Source: Malacoraja senta
Taxonomy: Eukaryota
Assembly (NCBI GenBank): GCA_038087875.1
Contig: JAXLNO010000073.1
Span: 1-64,000, forward strand
Direction of reading: 5' to 3'
Length of the DNA: 64,000 bases
The notes beneath the pieces are model-generated. The model made no database searches. It was not told the DNA's origin and worked only from the letters and a program-made list of their open reading frames with translations. The position numbers and the translations under genes were made by a program. Positions 39,381 to 52,428 of this stretch are shown here, in pieces (positions within the stretch are counted from its first letter, which is position 1; each line of letters begins with the position of its first letter).

Positions 39381-40160
39381 AGAAGCAATAGGCGCAAGGT
39401 GAAAAGTAAAAGTGGCAGGCAGACAAATCAAGGGCAAAAATCAAAAAGGACCACTTTTCAACATAATTGTATAAGCGGTAAGAGCGTTGTAAAAACAATC
39501 CTGAAGGCTTTGTGTCTCAATACAAGGAGCATTCGTAATAAGGTGGATGAGTTGAATGTGCAGATAGCTATTAATGATTATGATATAGTTGGGGTCACGG
39601 AGACATGGCTCCAGGGTGACCAAGGCTGGGAGCTGAACATCCAGGGATATTCAATATTCAGGAGGGATAGACAGAAAGGAAAATGAGGTGGGGTAGCGTT
39701 GCCGGTTAGAGAGGAGATTAACGCAATGGAAAGGAAGGACATTAGCTTGGAGGATGTGGACTCGATACGGGTAGAGCTGCGAAACACTAAGGGGCAGAAA
39801 ACGCTAGTGGGTGTTGTGTACAGGCCACCTAACAGTAGTAGTGGAGTTAGGGATGGCATCAAACAGGAAATTAGAAATGCGTGCAACAAAGGTAAAACAG
39901 TTATAATGGGTGACTTCAAACTACATATAGATTGGGTGAATCAAATTGGCAGGGGTGCTGAGGAAGAGGATTTCTTGGAATGTATGCGGGATAGTTTTCT
40001 AAACCAACATGTAGAGGAACCAACGAGAGAGCAGGCTATTCTAGACTGGGTATTGTGAAATGAGGAAGGGTTAGTTAGCAGTCTTGTTGTGCGTGGCCCC
40101 TTGGGCAAGAGTGACCATAATATGGTTGAGTTCTTCATTAGGATGGAGAGTGACATTGTT
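38647..40160 (+). mobile_element. CR1 ORF1 esterase and ORF2 endonuclease
   Basis: IGDS, VHIGTND, DGLHLN (SGNH); LCLNTRSIRNK, VTETWL, YRPP, MGDF, ILDWVL. Confidence 0.9.
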
Positions 40161-40165
40161 TTACA

Positions 40166-42253
40166 CCCCTCATTTTACACCCCTCTGTCTCTCTGCTCAC
40201 ACATTTAAGAAACCCACCACCTCTTATTCTCTGTTTATAATTTTTTTCTTCTTTCCCCCCTACATGTTGGGGCTGAGTGCTTCCCTTTCTCTGCCTCCTG
40301 CCTCACACACTGTCTACTAGCTTTCTCTATTCGAGTCCCTCCCCCCAACCGTTCTAGTTTAAAGTATCCGCAGTAGACTTTGCAAATCTCCCTGCCAGGA
40401 TATTGGTCCCCCTTGGGTTCAAGTGCAACCCGTCCTTTTTGTACAGGTCACACCTTCCTCAAAAGAGGTCCCAATGATCCTGAAACTTGAATCCCTGCCC
40501 TCTGCACCAGTCCTTCAGCCACGCATTTATCCTCCACCTGGCTCCATTCCTACTCTCACTGTCGCGTGGCACAGGCAGTAATCCCGAGATTGTTACGTTT
40601 GCGGTCTTTCTCCTTAACTCTCCTCCTAACTCCCTAAATTCTCCTTTCAGGACCTCTTCCATTTTTCCACCTATGTCATTGGTACCTATATGTACCACGA
40701 CCTCGGGCTCCGCTCCCTCCCATTTCAGGATATCTTGGACACGTTCAGACACATCTCAGAACCTGGCACCAGGGAGGCAAACTACCATCCGGGTCTCCTG
40801 ACTGCGTCCACAGAATCGCCTATCTGACTCCCTAATTATAGAGTCCCCTATTACTACTGCCCTCCTCTTCTTGTCCTTACCCTTCTGAGCAACAGGGCCT
40901 GAAGAGGAAGACTTATCAATTATTTCATTGGACGCAGAAAAAGCATTCGATCAGGTGGAATGGGACTATCTCTTCAAAGTACTGCAAACATTTCATATGG
41001 GAGAGAATTTCATTTTATTGGTAAAATTATTATATGAGAAGCCGACTGCTGGAACACTGACCAATAATATACTCTCTCCAAAATGTCAACTATCCAGGGG
41101 CAATAGACAGGGATGTGCACTATCACCCCTGCTATTCGCTCTTGTGATAGAACCCTCAGCAGAAAGTTTAAGAACACATCCGAACATCCACGGTTATAAT
41201 ACAAAACATTCAAATAATAAAATATCACTATATGCAGACGACGTATTATTATATAGTACAAAATTGCAAATCAGCATAACAAATATATTAAATTTAATAG
41301 AGGAATTCGGATCCTTCTCAGGATATAGAATAAACTGGAATAAATGCGAAATTATGACGATAAAACCTCAAGAATCGACACACTTTTTAAACTTCCCCTT
41401 TAGAATTGCTACAGAAATTTTTTAATATCTAGGTATTCAATTACCAGAAAATATAAAGCTTTATTCAATGCAAACTGTATGCCCTTACTTACTAAAATAA
41501 ATGGTTTGATTACATTTTTGAAAACACTGCCGATGTCTTTAATAGGCAGAATTAATGACATAAAATTATTTGTTTGCCAGAAATCTTATATTTATTTCAA
41601 TCAATACCAATATATTTACCGACATTTAAAAAAAAACTCGACTCTGATATCACACATTTCATATGGGACTATAAATCCCACATAATTCAAAGAATACACC
41701 TGTGTAAACCCAAAGAATTCGGAGGACTGACACTACCCACTTTTTGTACTATCACTGGGCAACGAATATCAAAAATGTAATTTACTTGTTGGACAATTCT
41801 GCCCAACAGGTAGATTGGATAGTAATGGAGAGAGAGGATTGCTCTCCTTATAATATAGGAGCGATCCTTCGTTCACCGATAAAATTGAATAATACAATAT
41901 ACAAGTAAAATCCAATTATTCATAGTACATTACGAACTTGGAAACAAATAAAATTAACTTCCAAATTAAGAAACCTTTCGCTTCTCTCTCCTATTGTTAA
42001 TAATCCGACGTTTAAATCATCTATTATCGACAAAACGTTTACACATTGGGAAAGAAACATAGAAACATAGATACATAGAAAATTGGTGCAGGTGGAGGCC
42101 ATTCGGCCCTTCTAGCCAGCACCGCCATTCATTGTGATCATGGCAGATTGTCCCCTATCAATAACCCGTGCCTGCCTTCTCCCCATATCCCTTGACTCCA
42201 CCAGCCCCTAGAGCTCTATCTAACTCTCTCTTAAATCCATCCAGTGATTTGTC
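40166..42253. repeat. Right arm of inverted duplication (CR1 ORF1 minus, L1 RT plus, CR1 3' end minus)
   Basis: Reverse complement of 37295-39380 with scattered substitutions. Confidence 0.93.
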
Positions 42254-45200
42254 CTCCACTGCCCTCTATGGCAGGGAATTCCATAAATTCACAACTCTCT
42301 GGATGAAAAGGTTTGTTCTCACCTCAGTCTTAAATGACCTCCCCTTTATTCTAAGACTGTGGCCCCTGGTTGGACTCACCCAACATTGGGACATTTTTTC
42401 CTGCATCTAGCTTGTCCAGTCCTTTTATAATTTTATATGTTTCTATAAGATGCCCCCTCATCCTTCTAAACTAAAGTGAATACAAGCCTAGTCTTTTCAA
42501 CCTTTCCTCATATGACAGTCCCGCCATCACAGGTATCAATCTCGTGAATCTACACTGCACTGCCTCAATCACAAGGATGTCCTTCCGCGAATTTGGAGAC
42601 CAAAACTGGACACAATACTCCAGATGTGGTCTCACCAGAGCCCTATACAACTGCAGAAGAACCTCTTTACTCCTATACTGAAACCCTCTTGTTATGAAGG
42701 CCAACATTCTATTAGCTTTCTTCACTGCGTGCTGTACCTGCACGCCAACTTTCAGTGACCGGTGTACAAGGAAACCCAAGTCTCGCTGCTCCTCCCCCTT
42801 ACCTAACCTAACCCCATTGCGATAATAATCTGCGCCCTTGTTTTTGCCGCCAAAGTGGATAACCTCATATGTATCTATGTTATACTGCATCTGCCACGCA
42901 TCTGCCCACACACTCAACCTGTCCAGGTCAACTGCAACCTCCTAACATCCTCTTCACAGTTCACACTGCTACACAGCTTTGTGTCATCCGCAACTTGCTA
43001 GTGTTGCTCCTAATTCCCTCTTCCAAATCATTAATATATATGGTAAACAGTTGCGGCCCCAACACCGAGCCTTGCGAACTCCACTCGCCACTGCCTGCTA
43101 TTCTGAAAAGGACCCGTTCACTCCTGCTCTTTGCTTCCGGTCTGCCAACCAATTTTCTATCCATGTCAACACACTACCGTCAATACCACGTGCTCTAATT
43201 TTAGTCACCAGTCTCCCGTGCGGGACCTTATCAAAGGCTTTCTGAAAGTCTAGATACACTACATCCACTGGCACCCCTTCATCCATTTTACTTGTCACAT
43301 CCTCAAAAATTGCAGAAGATTAGTCAAGCATGATTTCCCTTTCATAAATCCATGTTGACTTGGACTAATCCTTTTGCTACTATCCAAATGCCCCATTATT
43401 ACATCTTTAATAATTGACACCAGCATCTTTCCCACCACCGAATTCAAGCCAACTGGTCTATAGTTCCCCGTTTTCTCTCTTGCTCCTTTCTTGAAAAGTG
43501 GGATATCATTAGCTATCCCCCAATCCACAGGAACTGATCCAGAATCTATTGAACATTGTAAAATGATCACCAATGCGTCCACTATTTCTAGAGCCACCTC
43601 CCTGAGGACCCTGGGATGCAGACCGTCAGGCCCAGGGGATTTATCATCCTTCAGTCCCATTAGCCTACCCAATACTATTTCTCGCCTAATGAAAATTTCT
43701 TTCCGTTCCTCTACCCCCTTAGATCCTCTGCCCTCCAGTACATCTGGGAGAATGTTTGTCTTCCTTAGTGAAGACGGATCGGAAGTATCTATTCAACTCT
43801 TCTGCCATTTCCTTGTTGCCCATAATAATTTCACCCGTGTCTGCCTTCAAGGGACCCACATTTGACTTTGCTACTCTTTTTCCCTTAACATATCTAAAGT
43901 AGCCTTTACTGTCCTTCTTTATATTCCTGGCCAGCTTCCCCTCGTACTTCATCTTTTCAGCTCGTATTGTCCTTTTTGTTTCATTCTGTTGTCCTATGAA
44001 AGTTTCCCAATCCTCTGGCTTCATGCTACTCTTTGCTGTGTTTTTCATCTTTTCATTTAGTTTTATTCTATCCCTAACTTCTCTTGTCAGCCACGGTTGC
44101 CTCCTACTCCCCTTAGAGTCTTTCTTCCTTTTTGGAATACAATGATCCTGCGTCTCCCGGATTATGCCCAGAAATTCCTGCCATTGCTGTTCCACCGTCA
44201 TTCCTGCTAGGATCCCTTTCTAGTCTACTTTGGCCAGCTCCGCTCTCATGCCTTCATAGTACCCTTTGTTCAACTGCATCACTGCCACTTCCGATTTAAC
44301 GTTCTCCTTCTCAAATTGCAAATTAAAACTAATCATATTATGATCACTACCTCCAAGCGGTTCCTTTACCTTCAGTTCTCTTATCATATATGGTACATTG
44401 GACAACACTAAATCCAGATTTGCCTTTTCTCTGGTCGGCTCCATTACAAGCTGCTCTAAGAATCCATCTCGGAGGCATTCTACAAACTCTCTTTCTTGGG
44501 GTTCTGAACCAACCTGATTTTCCCAGTCTACCTGCATATTGAAATCCCCCATCACCACAGTGGCATTACCTTTGTTACATGCCAGTTTAAACTCCTGCTG
44601 CAACTTACACCCTACATCCGGGCTACTATTTGGGGGTCTGTAAATAACATCAATTAGTGTCTTCTTGCCTTTACAATTTCTCAACTCAATGCACAGTGAC
44701 TCTATCTCGTCAGTCCCTATATCTTCCCTCGCGAGGGACTCAATTCCATCCCTCACCAGCAGAGCTACCCCCTCCTCTGCCCACCTGCCTGTCCTTTCTA
44801 TAGGATGTATAACCCTGAATATTAAGTTCCCAGGCCCGATCCTCCTGCAGCCACGTCTCAGTAATCCCCACAATGTTATATCTCCCAACCTCTAACTGAG
44901 CATCAAGCTCATCTACTTTACTTCTTATACTTCGCGCATTCATATACAATACTTTTAATTCCTTACGCATCTCACCTTTCAAATCGATCCCTATTACACT
45001 TGGTCATACTCTCCTATCCCTTTGTGAGCTTCCTTTCCCGTTAATTCTGGGGTCATTATCCATCCCTTTACTCTCTTTCCCTTTAACTCCATCCTCGACT
45101 ATCTCATTTGAAAGAATAGGAATTAAAACGTTTGGAGATATGTATGAAATGGGAAACCTTTTAACATTTCAACAACTACAACTTAAATATAACCTGAAAA

Positions 45201-46260
45201 GTAATCAATACTTTAAATACCTTAAAACCCGTGACTACTTGAAAAAACATACACAAGAACATAAAACTTCGACTTCAGATATATTAGATGAAGCTATGAA
45301 CAGAAAGGCGGACTCAACAAATTTAATATCCTATTTGTATAATATCATTTTAAACACAGAGATACCACCGTCTGATGCAATTAGAATAGATTGGGAACAA
45401 GAATTATCCATAAATATCTCGAAAGACAGATGGGATAAATATTTGCTACATGTACACAAATGTTCGATTAATGTAAGCCATACGTTAATTCAATTCAATA
45501 TTTTACACAGATTATATTACTCGAAAACTAAATTGAATATTTTTTTTTCCCAAATGTGTCTCCCATCTGCGACAAATCCTCATCTCAAGATGCAACTATA
45601 GCACATTCTTTTGTCTTTTGCATAAAACTTCAGAAATTTTGGAAGGAAATGTTCGAAATGTTTACTAAAGTATTTAAAATAGAACTGAACCCCAACGCAG
45701 AACTGATTATCTTTGGAACAACGGAGGTCGGCCCTGAGCTGACTTCGTTCCAAAAGAGTTTCCTTAATTGTGGCTTAATAACGGCGAAAAAACATATCAA
45801 CATTCTGGAAAAATGCACCAACACCAACGCTTAAAATGTGGATCTCAAATATGTCTGAAATGTTACACCTAGAAGACATGAGATTCGTCCTAGCAGGCAA
45901 ATCAGACCAATTCTTAAAGATTTGGTCTCCCTTTATCGATTTATTACAAGCATATGGTGCAACATAACCGTGGAAATTAACTGTTTCAGAACCTTTTATC
46001 TTCTTTTTAATTATTTTTTTGTTTTCTCCTTATTTTCTGTTTTTCTTTTTTTTCTTTTTTCTCTTCTTCTCTCTCTTTTTACTGCACTTTTTCCACGATC
46101 TGCTACTTTCACCACCTTATCTAACTTTCTTTTTTTCTCTTTTTGCTTCTACTACTTGTTTATTATTAAATTTAAAAACAAGTTGTACATGAAATGTATT
46201 ATATTATTCTTGGTTTATACTGCTGTGTATGACTTCTAATAAATATATTATTAAAAAATA
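40898..46260 (+). mobile_element. L1/Tx1 LINE (RT to 3' end) interrupted by a CR1 insertion
   Basis: RT 40928-41425; frame ...THWER|IGIKTF resumes at ~45110; zf-RVT 45140-45834; AATAAA and A-rich tail at ~46238. Confidence 0.88.
42057..45109 (-). mobile_element. CR1 LINE with near-complete, frameshifted ORF2 nested in L1
   Basis: YMNARSIR, ITETWL, YRPP, GDFN, SDH, KSPGPD, YLDFQKAFD, RPHLEYC; GAAAGAA duplicated at ~42050 and ~45110. Confidence 0.92.
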
Positions 46261-46264
46261 TATT

Positions 46265-47445
46265 TTACTCATATTTCAGCCCCTAATAATTCCCTCTCTT
46301 TCAGATCTAAACCTGTAAGATTTCATTTCTGTAAAAATGATTCCATTCCTGCAGAACCCACGATCGTTTTAGTTTAGTAAAGTGTTTGATAGTATTGAGA
46401 AAATGTATCATTAATATCCTTGGGTAATGTTAGTATTTCTCCCGTATCAGATTTGATTTTATAAATTGATTTTTCCACTTCCTGTTTCCGGAGTTGACGT
46501 GAGGTAATTTTTGTGGTTTATCACCGAACTCAAAGTTTAGCTGTTTAGTATTTTGATAAAGTTTTATGATTTGATCTGAATATATTTGGTTTAACTTATA
46601 TTTGAGTGCAGCAATTTTAATATGTATTATCGTAGAGGACGTGATTGCATTTCCCATATCTAATTGCCTTATCTCCATTTCCAATACTTTTGTTTGGCGC
46701 GATTCTCTTTATTACGAAAGGCTTGCGCGGAGAATAACGCTCCTCGTATAAAAGCTTTAAATGATTCCCAAAGAAGGGAGGCAGATATTTCAGGGCAGTC
46801 ATTGGTCTCGAAAAACATATTTATCCGTGTTATAAGATATTCGTAACATGCTTTATCATTTAAAATTTGAGGATTAAGTCTCCATTGTGTCTGCTTCTCA
46901 GTCATTCCACTTAGTTTGATCATAAATGTTAAAGGAACATTGTCCGAAATTATAATGTTATGATATTTCGAATTATAAGTAAGTGGAATAAGTTTAGAGT
47001 CTATTAAAAAGCAGTCTATCCTTGAGTTGGTTTTATGTACCGGTGAGTAGAATGAGTATTTCGGATGGGTTTTCAATTCTCCAAACAGCTTTGATATTAG
47101 TAGCATTAATGTATGAGTTTAATAATTCGCTTGTCTTCGATTTTGTTTTTTTTTCTTTGTCTTGATGAACTAACTAGATAAGAATCTAATGTACAATTTG
47201 AATCTCCACCCAATTATCAAGTTATGTTGTGTGAGTTCCGGGATAGTATTAAGTATATTCTTTAAAAACTTGGTCCATAGACATTGAGAAGAATCACTTG
47301 TTTTAGATATAATTCACCCACTAGTATAATATACCATTGATGTCCGCAACAGCTGATATGTGTTTGAAAGGTATACCTTTACGGATTAAAATTGCGACCC
47401 CTCTTGCCTTATGGGAGAATGAAGGAAATCTGTTTTTTTGAGCGG
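46265..47445 (-). mobile_element. L1/Tx1 endonuclease and linker fragment
   Basis: KARGVAILI, SRIDCFLI, IISDNVP, WRLN, LWESFKAFIRG, FEFGDKP. Confidence 0.85.
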
Positions 47446-47483
47446 ACTTTCCTCGTTCCCTTTTTTTTAAAGAGAGGGACACG

Positions 47484-48690
47484 ATGGCGGCGTCCACGGG
47501 CAACATCGGAAACCTTGGCACTTTCGACAAGAGTCCTATATGGAGAGAGCGAACATGTTTTTCACGGCAAACAATATAATGGAGATTAGCGGTTAAGGAG
47601 AGGTGGTGACTGAAACAAATAAGGCTGTTTTGCGAACGCATGAAAGCGATTCTGCTGACGGAGATCAGTGCTGAAGTGTGCGGCACACTCGTGAATCTCC
47701 TTGCGCCATAAAGGCAAAGGACGTGCCATTCAATGACTTTATGAAGAAGTTGGAGGAGCACTTCAACCCAAACCCTCTGGAAATTGCAGAAAGCTATACA
47801 TGCGGAACTAGAAACCAGAAGCAGAATGAGATAATCAATGAGTACATTGTTGCCTTGAAAAACGTAACTTTGCTCCGTAACTTTGGAACCTTTCTCGGAC
47901 GTGCTCTACGCGACAGATTTGTTTGTGGCACAGTGGATGAACAAATTCAGTCCAAACTCATGAACACTCCAGATCTTACATTCGAGAAAGCATGCAAGAT
48001 TGCTACCACAATGGAGATGGCATCAAAGAATGCTCGCGAGTTTCGTCCACCACAGACTGCAGTGGCCGTTTACAGTCACAAGGCAGTGCCTATGGCCAAA
48101 TCAAGAGGCACTGAACCAAAGTATGGCGGGGTGCCCAGTTCAGTTGTTATCGTTGCAATGGTAATCACTCATCCCAATTTTGTCAGTTCAAAATGGCCAA
48201 GTGCTATAACTGCCAGAAGAAAGCCCATATCGCCTCAGCATGTCGGGCCAAGCTTAAAGCTGAAAACTAACAACCTGCGGGAAACAAGCGACCAGAAATG
48301 AGTTCTCAACTTGGAGATGAACCCAGATGGAAATGAACTTCGGTTGCACACCATTCATGCAAGAAACATCGATAAGCCTACAACTAGCCAAGGCAAAGAC
48401 TTTTAAACTAAACTATTGATTAATGAACAGTTGATCGATACGTGTATTGACACGGCAGCAGAATGTTCGGTCATGAGCAAAGACATGTACGAGACATAGT
48501 TGTCACAGACACCATTGGTTGAGAGTAAGATCAAGCTGAAAACCTACTCGGGCGAAGTTTAGGAGACATGCAGACATGTGAACTGTAAAGTTCAACATAA
48601 TGGTCAGTCAGTAACAATGCCCATCATAGTGGCTAGCTACAGAGTTAAACCTACCCTCCTTGGAAAGGATTAGCTGAGTAGAATAGAAAC
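47484..48690 (+). mobile_element. Ty3/Gypsy LTR retrotransposon gag-protease relic
   Basis: LEEHFNP, ALRDRFVCG, LTFEKAC; zinc knuckles CYRC..H...C and CYNC...HIASAC; protease IDTAAECSVMS; multiple stops. Confidence 0.8.
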
Positions 48691-49207
48691 TGAGGCCTCG
48701 AGTACGCGGGGACTACTCTCGAGCATGAAGGAGAGCTACAAAGATCTCCTAGGACCTCGTGTCGACCATGCTGCGAGTATGACTCGAGGTCAAACTGTTC
48801 TAAACCCGCGAATTACGTCGCCGCTGGCGTTGGACAGGCGTTACAGGAAGTCGAGGGCAGTATGCACTCTCCTTCGCTGACCGGTCATTTTGATTGGCTC
48901 ATTGGAGTTTTTAGGTCCAGGGAAAACCGAACGTTAGGTAAAATGCCCGCTAAACTTTATTATACTTCTTAAAAGTGTCTCAATTCCTTCTCCCACCCTT
49001 CTCCCCCCTTCTCTCCCCTTCTCTCCCCTTCTCTCCCCTTCTCTCCCCCTCTATCCCCTTCTCTCCCCTTCCGCCCCCCCCCCCCCTCTGCGTTCTCTAA
49101 AGGACCTACCGTACACTGTGGCAGCCGTTTACCTTCCTCTTCATCGCTGGTGTGAATTTCAGACAACGCTCCCCCGCTTTCCCAGGCCCCCGCCTTTGCG
49201 ATGTGTT

Positions 49208-49242
<35 letters not shown>

Positions 49243-49605
49243 ATGTGTGCGGTTGGTCGAACCAGCTCGCGGTTTCAACGCGGACGGTCGATCCAGCTCC
49301 AGGTTTTCCTGGCGAGAGGCCTCGAGCTTGAAGATCGAAGGCACTTTTCTTAACTCGCGAATAGTGCCCCCCACTCCACTGCACAACGAGTCAAAATGAA
49401 CCATGCCGACCAAATCTTACTCGCGGACAATGTTTTAACATGCTGACATTTTTTCTGCGACCTAGTTGAGGCCATGAGTATTCGGGAAGTTCTCTCGAGC
49501 ATGAAGGAGAGTTCCGGTTATCTCATAGGACTTCCGAAGACTTCGTGTCGATCATGCTGCGAGTTTTAGTCGAGGAGAAATTCGTCTAAAGTGGAACAGC
49601 CCCTT
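48690..49605. mobile_element. Non-autonomous DNA transposon (PIF/Harbinger-like MITE), one terminus visible
   Basis: Internal direct repeat CTCTCGAGCATGAAGGAGAG...CATGCTGCGAG (~48716 and ~49492); terminus AAAGTGGAACAGCCCCTT-TA; internal (CTTCTCTCCC)n and (GT)n. Confidence 0.5.
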
Positions 49606-49903
49606 TACGTTAAAGCTTTTCAAGATAGCTGTGTCACGGGATATGGGGAAAAGGCAGGGACGGGGTACTGATTGTGGATGATCAGCCGTGATCACAGTGA
49701 ATGGCGGTGCGGGCTCGAAGGGCCGAATGGCCGAATGTCCCACTCTGCACTTATTGTCTATTGTCTCTTGACATGAAGTTTAACAACATACATATTATTT
49801 CTTGTGGTGTTGAGTGTTATTCATGACGTCTGGCATATTAATGTAATTACTGTACTAATGTACAAATTACTCTCGCTCGGCATGTTAATGCAATGTTAAC
49901 TAT

Positions 49904-49993
49904 CGATTGGCGCCGCTAATTGGGCTCCCTCACATTCTCCCCAGGGTGTTGGAGCGGGGGGGGGGGGGAGTCCTTGACGTATATAATGACTCA
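49904..49993 (+). promoter_or_regulatory. Candidate core promoter of GPCR paralogue 2
   Basis: ATTGG (reverse CCAAT) ~49906, TGACGT 49975-49980, TATATAA 49980-49986, TGACTCA 49987-49993; ATG at 50045. Confidence 0.45.
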
Positions 49994-50299
49994 TCCACCG
50001 TTTACGCGCCAAAACAACGGTGATCTTGGCTTCTCCGGGGGACCATGCACGAACCACCGAGCGGCGCTATGTACGCGATCTACTACCATGTGCTGGCCGC
50101 GATCGGGGTCCCAGGTAACCTATCACGCCACCTGCAAGCCTGGAGTAACATGTTGCAGTCATCTCTCTCGTGGTTCTGGGCACCCTATTACTGAAAAGGA
50201 CGCGTTGGATTTGTTGGGACGGGGGAACGGGTGGGGGGGGGGCGGGGGCGCAGGGTGTCTACCGTCCGGTGCTAGCCGCGCTCGGTGTCCCACGTAACA

Positions 50300-50850
50300 T
50301 AAGACAGACACGAAAAGCTGGAGTTACTTAGCGGGACAGGCAGCATCTCCGGAGAATAGAATAGAATATAATAGAATGCCTTTTATTGTCATTCAAACAG
50401 CTTGGTTTGAACGGAATTGCATTTTTTTCAGTATTACATCACAAAAAAACCAAGACCCCATACTTAACACAGTTTACACAAACATCCATCACAGTGAATT
50501 TCCAACACCTCCTCACTGTGATGGAAGGCAAACTACTTCTCTCTTCCCTTTGTTCTTGTCGCGCGGTCCAGCAGTCCAACTGCAACGTCGAGGCGAACTG
50601 GGGCTCCCGATGGAATGGGTGAGGTTTCGGGTCGAGACCCTTCTTCAGCCTGGGTACGGATAAGGAAACGACAGGTATAGACGATGATGTTGGGAGAAAA
50701 TGAACAATGAATGAAATATATGCAAAAAAGTAACAATGATAAAGGAAACAGGCCACTGTTAGCTGTTTGCCGGGAGAAAACGAGAAGCTGGTGCGACTTG
50801 GGTGGGAATGGATGGAAAATGGCAATGCCGGGGCTACTTGAAGTTAGAGT
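50300..50850 (-). mobile_element. Penelope-type pLTR element with hammerhead core, interrupted by a SINE-like insertion
   Basis: Minus strand CTGAAGA-AGGGTCTCGACCC-GAAAC at 50624-50648; element split at ~50355/50610. Confidence 0.65.
50355..50610 (-). mobile_element. Truncated GC-rich SINE-like family member with (ATTCT)n tail
   Basis: TTTATTGTCATT...CATCCATCACAGTG...CACTGTGATGGAAGGC. Confidence 0.75.
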
Positions 50851-50949
50851 AATTACTAAAAACACGCGGGGGGTTTGAGGGGATAGGAGTGGGCGGGGTG
50901 TTGGGTGGGGTGCGATGAGATATATAAGGGGTTTACCACATTAATGTTT

Positions 50950-51390
50950 GGATTATAGAATATTATTTACAAGGAGAGGTTGAACAAACATCGATTGTTT
51001 CCAAAAAGCGGAGGAAACTTATGGGAGTCCTAATGGATATATGTGCAATTATGAGAGCCGTGATTTCAGACCCATTGTTCCAAACGTGGAAATGTCAAGG
51101 AATAGAATGCACAGATTTCAGTTGAGTGGGGAAATGTTTAGAGGAGATGTGGGGGGCGTTATTTTTTACACAGAGAGTGGTGGGTGCCTGGAACGCGCTG
51201 CCGCGGGTGGTGGTGGAGGCAGCTACGATACTGATGTTTAAAAGTCTTTAGGATAAGTGCATGAATATGCATGGAATGGAGAGATATGGGTTATGTGCAG
51301 TTCGAGGTGTTGGTCTTGACATCGTGTTGAGCGCAGCCACTTTGGGCCGATGGGCCTGTATTTGTTCTGCACTGTTCTATGTTCTATAGG
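50950..51390 (+). mobile_element. Degraded CR1 3' fragment
   Basis: TTTTACACAGAGAGTGGTGGGTGCCTGGAAC (FTQRVVGAWN); (TGTTC)n-like tail. Confidence 0.65.
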
Positions 51391-51649
51391 GAATGGAGTG
51401 ATATGGATCACGGGAGATTGTTTTCATTTGGAATCATGTTCAACACGGACATGTGGGTCGAAATGCTTGGTTTAATTCCTGGAAGGGAGGTAGAAAGTCA
51501 GGACAAAGAAATTTTGTTTCCTCAACGGAGAGAAAGTTCTTACTCAGATGCGCGAAATGTAAGGGTTTTATATTTGGTGGCAAGGAATTGTGCTTCGACA
51601 CAATTTATGTACGCAGGCGTATGTTGTTATTTAAATTGGAGAGGGTTGC

Positions 51650-52428
51650 GTGTGGAAGGAACTGCAGATATCGGTTTACACCGAAGATAAAATGCTGGAG
51701 TAACTCAGCGGTTCAGGCAGCAAATATCAAGAAAAGGAATTGTTGACATTTCAGGTCGCAACCCTTCTTCAGACTGAATGCTAGAGATGTGTGGTGATGT
51801 GTGGGGAAGTGGCGAACCGGAGGCGAGCAAAGGCCAGAAGACATTAGGGCGGGCAGCAGATGACTCCAGGAAGGGGGAGCCCACAATGGCCCATTGTTGG
51901 TTGGGGAAGATGTGCTAATGAGAGGGATACGAGGATGTGAACAGTGGGACTGGTAGGTCGATTAGTTCTATGTTCTCTCAAATATACCTGTGTTTATAGC
52001 TTGTTATATGTTCATTTACGGAGCAATGTTATTTGTGTGGAAGGTGTTAGCGGTTACTTAGTATTGGAAAATTGATCTTTCATGCACCATGATTTCTCTA
52101 ATTTCAAGTTACCGCCGCATTCCCGCGAACCCCCACACGCACCCTAGTTGTCCTACCATTTCCACTGTTCGCATTCCTGTATACCTTAGTTATCACCTCT
52201 TCCCAGCCAACAATGGACCATCATGTACTCCAACCTTCCTTGGTTATTTCTGACAGGCACTGGTTTAATCTGGCCCTTTCCTCCCTCCAGTTCCCTCCCC
52301 TCTAAATTCAGTGTGAAGAAGAGTCCCGATCCATCACTTTTTTCTCCTGGGATGCTGCCCGTCCGGTTTAGCTACTCGAGCGCTTTGTGTCCATCTTCGG
52401 TGTTAACCAGCATCTGCAGTTTCTACAC
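51650..52428. mobile_element. Inverted pair of Penelope-type pLTR elements
   Basis: ~51650-51965 is a diverged reverse complement of ~52143-52428. Confidence 0.65.
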
